A stretch of DNA of 63,543 nucleotides, counting the filler, from Collodictyon triciliatum (lineage: Eukaryota): assembly GCA_043381765.1 (NCBI GenBank). It is 8 parts of 8 records of this genome, joined end to end, with 100 filler letters (N's around TTAATTAATTAA, not from the genome) between each part and the next. Parts side by side here need not be neighbours in the genome. Positions count along the whole stretch, not along the records: positions 52,755 to 61,432 come from JBHJMP010003326.1; positions 61,533 to 63,543 come from JBHJMP010003468.1; 6 more parts are not named here. One strand, 5' to 3'. The translations under genes and the position numbers were made by a program. Below are positions 53,872-63,543 of the stretch, piece after piece (the first letter of the stretch is position 1; every line of letters starts with the position of its first letter). The notes under the pieces were generated by a model, which had not been told where the DNA came from, ran no database searches, and was given only the letters and a program-made list of their open reading frames with translations.

Positions 53872-54569
53872 GATGCCGACGGCCAGGCACAGCACTCGAT
53901 GCCCAGGATGCCCTGCCCGACGGCATGCAGCATGCGGGGCGGATGCAGCCGCACACTGATGCGCTCGCCCAGTCCCAGCCTGTCCAGCCCGGCCGCCGCC
54001 AGAACCGCACACCCGCACTCGCCCGCATCCACCTTGCGCAGCCGCGTGTTGACGTTGCCCCGCAGCGACTCCACGCGCAGGTGCGGATGCTCCCGCCGGA
54101 TCTGCGCCGCCCGCCGCAGCGAGCTTGTCCCGACCACCGTGCCGGCCGGCAGATCCCCGAACCCGTGCACTGATGACAAATCCGGCGTTGGTGATGGTGA
54201 TGATGATAACAATGATGATGGCAGCACAAGCGCATCGGACGGATCCGCCCGTGTCGTCACGGCGCCCAGGCACAGCCCGTCCGGCAGCCTTGTCGGCAGA
54301 TCCTTGAGCGAGTGCACGGCAAAGTCGGCCCGCCCTGAGAGAAGCGCGTCCTCCAGCTCACGCGTGAAGAGCCCTTTGTCGCCCAGCTGCGCGAGCGGCT
54401 GATCCAGGATGCGGTCGCCTTTCGTCTCCAGGCGCAGAATCTCGAAGCGCGCTTGTGGGTGGTGCTGCTGCAGCTGCGCGATCACGTGCTCAGTCTGCCA
54501 CAGTGCAAGCTGGCTCACGCGGCTGGCCACTATGAAGGTCTGCGGCTCCGTCTCTGTCGTGTCCGCCAT
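53355..54569 (-). CDS. hemC: Porphobilinogen deaminase (hydroxymethylbilane synthase), intronless, complete
   Basis: SRVSQLALWQ, TKGDRILD, GDKGLFTRELE, AVHSLKDLPT, GTSSLRR, RGNVNTRL, AVGQG, AERAFL..LQGGCQVP (cofactor Cys), VWSLDG. Confidence 0.98.
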
Positions 54570-54905
54570 TATCGCCCTGTTTTTTTTTTTTTTTTGAGTT
54601 TTTTAATTATATGTTATTCTATCACTTTTTCTTTTCTTTTTTTTTCTTAAACTCAGTGTCTTTCCTCGTTCACAGGGGTCGCCAACTTTCTTTTTTTTCT
54701 TTTCATAAACTTTTTTTCTTCGTTTGTTTGTTTTTTCGTTTGTTTGTCAGGTAGGGCACAAAGTCGATCATTGCCCAAAAGCTGATTTATGTCTGTTGGA
54801 TTCTGGCTGTGTTGGTGTGGAAGGTTTCTGGAGGAGGTGTTTGGTGGTGGTACAAACGGTTGGGTGGAGAGGCCCGTGTTGGTTTGAGTAGGTGGTGCGA
54901 TGCAG

Positions 54906-59291
<4,386 letters not shown>

Positions 59292-60798
59292 CAGCTATCA
59301 ATGATCTTGTTGTGCTAGAGGATTATCAGAAAGAATTGTTTTTCATAGCTTCTCAGTCGCCATATCATGTTGGTTATTGAAAGAAGGAGAGACGTATGGT
59401 TATTGGGCAGCGTATGTGAGGCATGTATCAAAATCATCAATTCTGGGACTTGGATGGGAAAGATGATATAATTAGACGTTTCTTTATAGGCCTTTTACAA
59501 AAGACAAGAGGTAAATAACAACTTGTGACCATTACAAAGTATAGTAGATTATTTTAGAAATGGGCATATCTCTACAGTCTTGGGGTGGGCGATGGCGAAA
59601 GAAATGAAAAGAATACAGTTGGATCAGAGAAATATTAATTAAAAATGAAAAGGTGGTGATGACAAATGGCTAAGTGCCAAAGGTTAAAGGAGCAAAATAG
59701 GCCTGTCTTTGGTAGGGTAACTTGGAAACAAGAGACTCCCAAACAGCAACTCGAGAAGAACATCTATTGCTTCAAAATGAATCTATTCAGATATAATGTC
59801 CCAGTTCTCAAGTCGCCTGGTAAGTTAACGAATACAGGGAAAAAAAAATAGAGAAAGCAAGAGAAAAGGAGAGAAAAAGAAAAAAAAAGGCTCTCGCTTT
59901 AATCACGAGCCACTAAAAGGGTTGGCAAGCAACAATCCAAAAGCTACATGCAGCAGTGTGAAGGCCAAAGAAAAACAAGAGCACGAAAGAAAAGCAACCA
60001 AATTGTCATGTGCGTTTTGAAGAGCTCAGGCAGTCAGCCAAAAGTTTGCAATTGAAGAACGGCGGTGTGGCAATGACATTGTGCTTTTCATATAATCCTG
60101 TTTGTTCTTTGTGGTTTGTGGGGAAATGGTAGAACTTGTCTGTGCCGCTGAAAGTCTTCCACGGAACTCTGAAATCCTCCGATCATCTGTCACTGGCTGG
60201 AAGTCTTCCGAAAGGAAAACAGACAAGCGCGTTTGGTAAGCAGAGCAAACGCGGGAAAATAGGTCGATATCTGCTTATGCCCTCAGTGTCCAGCACCACA
60301 ATGGCGTTCTTGTGCGTCATCTCAATGTCAACAACCCCAGAAAAGGCAGAGATGTAAAGACCTTCTATAAATAGATATAAGGTTTTTCCACAAATGTGGA
60401 CATAGGCGATTCGACTTTTTCGTACCTTGTTACGAAGTTCTTTACAAACATCCATTCACTTCCTAAAAGAAATCCATAAATTATATGTGGAAAATATGAT
60501 AAACTATGTATATAATCTACTTAATAATCACAATTGTCTCAATAGTAAACTTGGTTCACATAATAATATGATATTCGCATATATATATGATAACGTGAAG
60601 ACCACGCGAACTGTGGCCACCAATCCACCACATCTTGTCGCCAGTCCTTTGCTACGACAGTAGTAGCAGACCCCTTTTCCACTTCTTATCTGATCCGTGG
60701 GTTGAAGAGCACAAGAGCAGACCTTACACGCGAGCCAGGAAACAGACACGGTCTACAAAACAGGAACCCGGCCAGCTGAAGGGCACAGCGCGAAGGGG

Positions 60799-61294
60799 AT
60801 GGCCCGAGGCAAGAAGGCAGAGAAGACACAGATCGGAGCTGGCCAGGCCGTGCAGGTGACGCGGGGGCCGTTCCAAGGGCGCACGGGGGTTGTCCAGGGG
60901 CGCGGGTGGGCCCGACACACGGTCAGCGTGCGTGTGGAGCCGGAGGGCATCCAGTTCCTGGCCGACCCGAGCGAGCTGACTCCCGTTGCGCCCATGGGCC
61001 ACGAGCCCAGTGCCTCGCCCGCTGGCATGGCAGTGCGTCTGCCCCGCTTCTCCACCGGCGAGCTCAGCGAACGCCAGCTCCAGAGGAGCGAGTGCATCAA
61101 GGGCACAATCGGGCCCCTGCAGCTTTGCCTGTGGCAGCGGCCGGCCGACATCATCGGCAATAGGCTGTGGCCCTGCAGTCTGCTGCTCTCTGCCTACATC
61201 ACGAGCGTCCTCGGACCTGCGGCTCTGGCCGGTCGCCGTGTTGTGGAGCTTGGAAGCGGGCCTGGGCTCGTTGGGGTCTGCGCCCAGAAGTTAG
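60799..61294 (+). CDS. GC-rich exon encoding a KOW-like motif followed by a Methyltransf_16 (METTL21/23-like) methyltransferase N-terminus; 3' truncated, true start may lie upstream
   Basis: GQAVQVTRGPFQGRTGVV (KOW-like), then IGNRLWPCSLLLSAYI and GRRVVELGSGPGLVG (SAM motif I). GT donor at 61295. Confidence 0.82.
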
Positions 61295-61301
61295 GTGGGT
61301 A

Positions 61302-61351
<50 letters not shown>

Positions 61352-61432
61352 CTATCACCACCATCACCATCACCATCACCATCACCATCACCATCACCAT
61401 CACCATCACCATCACCATCACCATCACCATCA
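61302..61432. repeat. (CAT)n/(CACCAT)n intronic microsatellite at contig end
   Basis: Directly visible after GT donor 61295. Confidence 0.95.
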
Positions 61433-61532
61433 NNNNNNNNNNNNNNNNNNNNNNNNNNNNNNNNNNNNNNNNNNNNTTAATTAATTAANNNNNNNNNNNN
61501 NNNNNNNNNNNNNNNNNNNNNNNNNNNNNNNN
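61433..61532. other. Artificial contig spacer
   Basis: N44-TTAATTAATTAA-N44. Confidence 0.99.
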
Positions 61533-61908
61533 CGTTGAAGTCTCCACAGATGATGATACGTTTCGCAGACTCCATCTCCTTAGAGACAAGCTCATACTCG
61601 TGTATTCTAGTATTTGAACCTGCTGTTTGGAGCGACATGTATGTTGTCATTATACGAGTGTCAGCTCCATCTATTTGGATATCGAGACTTATGCAGTGGC
61701 CAGGAATTATCTCTCTGAAGCGAGGATTGAGTTTGGCTATCCATTTCTTGCATAAAAACGCTACACCTGCATGTCTCTGCTGATTATCATCACAGGACCA
61801 CATTTGTGGACGTCTCCGTATTTCATCATTGGTTAGATTGTCAGGGCTGAGCCATGTTTCATGGAGGCAGATGATATTATCTGTGTGAGAGAAAAAACTA
61901 TTGCCCAT
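61533..61908 (-). mobile_element. Non-LTR retrotransposon (LINE-type) APE endonuclease fragment
   Basis: IICLHETWL, HAGVAFL, IIPGHCI, IMTTY, IIICGDFN motifs in canonical order. Contig breaks at GDFN and motif I is absent upstream. Confidence 0.8.
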
Positions 61909-62285
61909 GATATATTATGGATGTACGTTTGTGGAATTTCCACAAGAGTGCTCCATCTCTTTCTGATTCATGTGTTCTGGCTTGCGGCAATGATGAACCT
62001 GCTAGGTGTCTTCGGCTGTGTCTTTGTGTGTGTTGAGAGAGAAGCCTCGGTTTGTTAGCTACGCTAAGAGCATAAGCCTTAGGAAGAAGATGAATAGTTG
62101 GCAATGCGAAACTATAGCATCCACCCTCTCATTAACCTTCCTCTTTCCCCTTAATTTTTTTTGTTTTTTTTAATTTTTTTGTTTCATTTTTGTTTCATTT
62201 TTGTTTCTTTTTTGTTCTTTTTTGTTCTTTTTTTGTTTTTGTTTTTGTTTTTGTTTTTGTTTTTTCCCCTCACAGGCGTATCTGA

Positions 62286-63543
62286 ATGGCATATCCGTTG
62301 ACCCTTTTCTCTGGAACTTCTGGCGCTTCGCCTCTGGCTGAAAGCATCGCTCATTTGCTTGCCCTTAAAGTTGGAGGGGCATCCATAGGCCGCTACCCAG
62401 ATGGAGAGGTTTCTTCTTGATTATATCTGTAAAGCTCGTTTTATTGTTTTCTCTTGTCACTGTTATATTGCGCAGTGCCATTCGTATTGCACGCGATAAT
62501 GACAATCTATCACATAGCAATAAAATACAAGTACGAGAAACGGTACTAACGCAAATCTTGGACCTTTCTTTCTCTTTACATTCTCAAATACCTTTTGTTT
62601 TTTATTTATATGTTTACATGTTTATTAGTTTTATTTTCATTATTATGTTACAAAAATAGGTCCGGGTCCAGTTGCACGATAATGTTCGAGGTCGAGATGT
62701 TTTTATAGTTCAGTCACTCTGTCGCCCGATCCATGAGAACTTAATGGAATTGCTCCTGATGCTGGATGTGGTGAAAAGATCGTATGTCTTTATAGTAAAT
62801 ACTTATTTTCAAGTGGAGATTTGTTAACACCATGACTTGTTTCAGGTCGGCTTCCCGGGTCACATGCATTATTCCCTACATGGGTTATTTCCGCCAAGAC
62901 CATCAGGTTTGGTGACTATTATATCTCAGTATATGTGATATGAATCTACGTGCAGATAAGTCAACAGGATTGACAGCCACTCAACCATTTCATGATATTT
63001 TGAGTTTTTTTCCTACCAATGCGTATGCTAGATTTAAATTGAATACTTTCAGTCATTTCCTTCGTTTATTATATTTCCATGATAACTTAACCCTATCACG
63101 ACAAGAACATTCCACTGATTGGCTGATATAGGTCATCGGCATGAAAACTCTTACGCCTATACCAGCAAAGCTTGTTGCAAGGCTTCTTCAAACTGCTGGA
63201 GCACATCGCGTGTTATGTCTTGATGTGCATGCCGATCAAACTGCAGGCTTTTTCAACATTCCTGTAGATGACTTATCATGCTTACGTAATCATTTGTTTG
63301 TCATGGGAAAATATATTGCATAAATATCAACATAACTGCATTCATTCATATCTTGATTGCGACATTCTTTACTGTATGTTGTATTCCTTTTATGATTTGC
63401 CGGGGGTTTTTTTTTTTTAATTTCCTTCCTTTTTTTTTTCTTCAGCTGCGTGAGCTTTCACACTAACCTCTACTTCGGATATAGGCAACCATTCATCATA
63501 GCTGTCTGGGTGAAACCACCAATGAACAAGAGCCGTTTTTTCT
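62286..63543 (+). CDS. PRPS: Ribose-phosphate pyrophosphokinase (PRPP synthetase) family, multi-exon, runs off window
   Basis: [79 protein letters not shown]. Confidence 0.92.

Noticed and set aside
53234..54402. Long overlapping ORFs in other frames of hemC (poly-His, poly-Ile, poly-Asp)
   Set aside because: Expected shadow ORFs of very GC-rich sequence plus a triplet repeat.
50077..54569. Metal-responsive factor next to a heme biosynthesis gene as a functional cluster
   Set aside because: They lie on different contigs separated by the artificial spacer at 52655-52754.
60528..60749. Minus-strand CxxC-x16-CxxC zinc-ribbon ORF
   Set aside because: No ATG, in-frame stop just upstream, and it overlaps the likely upstream coding extension of the plus-strand methyltransferase.

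Overview
Eukaryotic (protist-like) genomic DNA that is AT-rich, intron-dense and microsatellite-rich. The window is not contiguous. It contains eight unrelated contigs joined by artificial 100-nt spacers (N44-TTAATTAATTAA-N44) and sorted by decreasing length (8710, 8693, 8688, 8682, 8682, 8678 nt), so neighbourhood across spacers means nothing. By splicing exons by hand I recognise: an axonemal-dynein-light-chain-domain/EF-hand protein, a degenerate Arf/Arl-like GTPase, the C-terminal part of an ADCY10-like STAND/TPR protein, FANCM, JMJD7, RPGRIP1L, CDC14, TXNDC9/PhLP3, tRNA-Leu(CAG), PARG, a short LRR protein, an intronless FAR1/AFT-type Zn-finger protein, an intronless very GC-rich hemC, a BRSK/SAD kinase, a KOW-methyltransferase fusion, a LINE-type endonuclease fragment and a PRPP synthetase. 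The code is standard and the introns are GT-AG, with one likely GC-AG. I see no demonstrable multi-gene novel system. The best leads are single-gene oddities: the KOW-methyltransferase fusion, the FAR1/AFT factor with a Met/His/Pro repeat, the ~70% GC hemC island, the Arf-like protein with degenerate G3/G4 motifs, a PIP-degron-like motif in PARG, an APE-to-SPQ change in the kinase, and A-rich splice acceptors. Family calls come from recalled motifs, not database searches.
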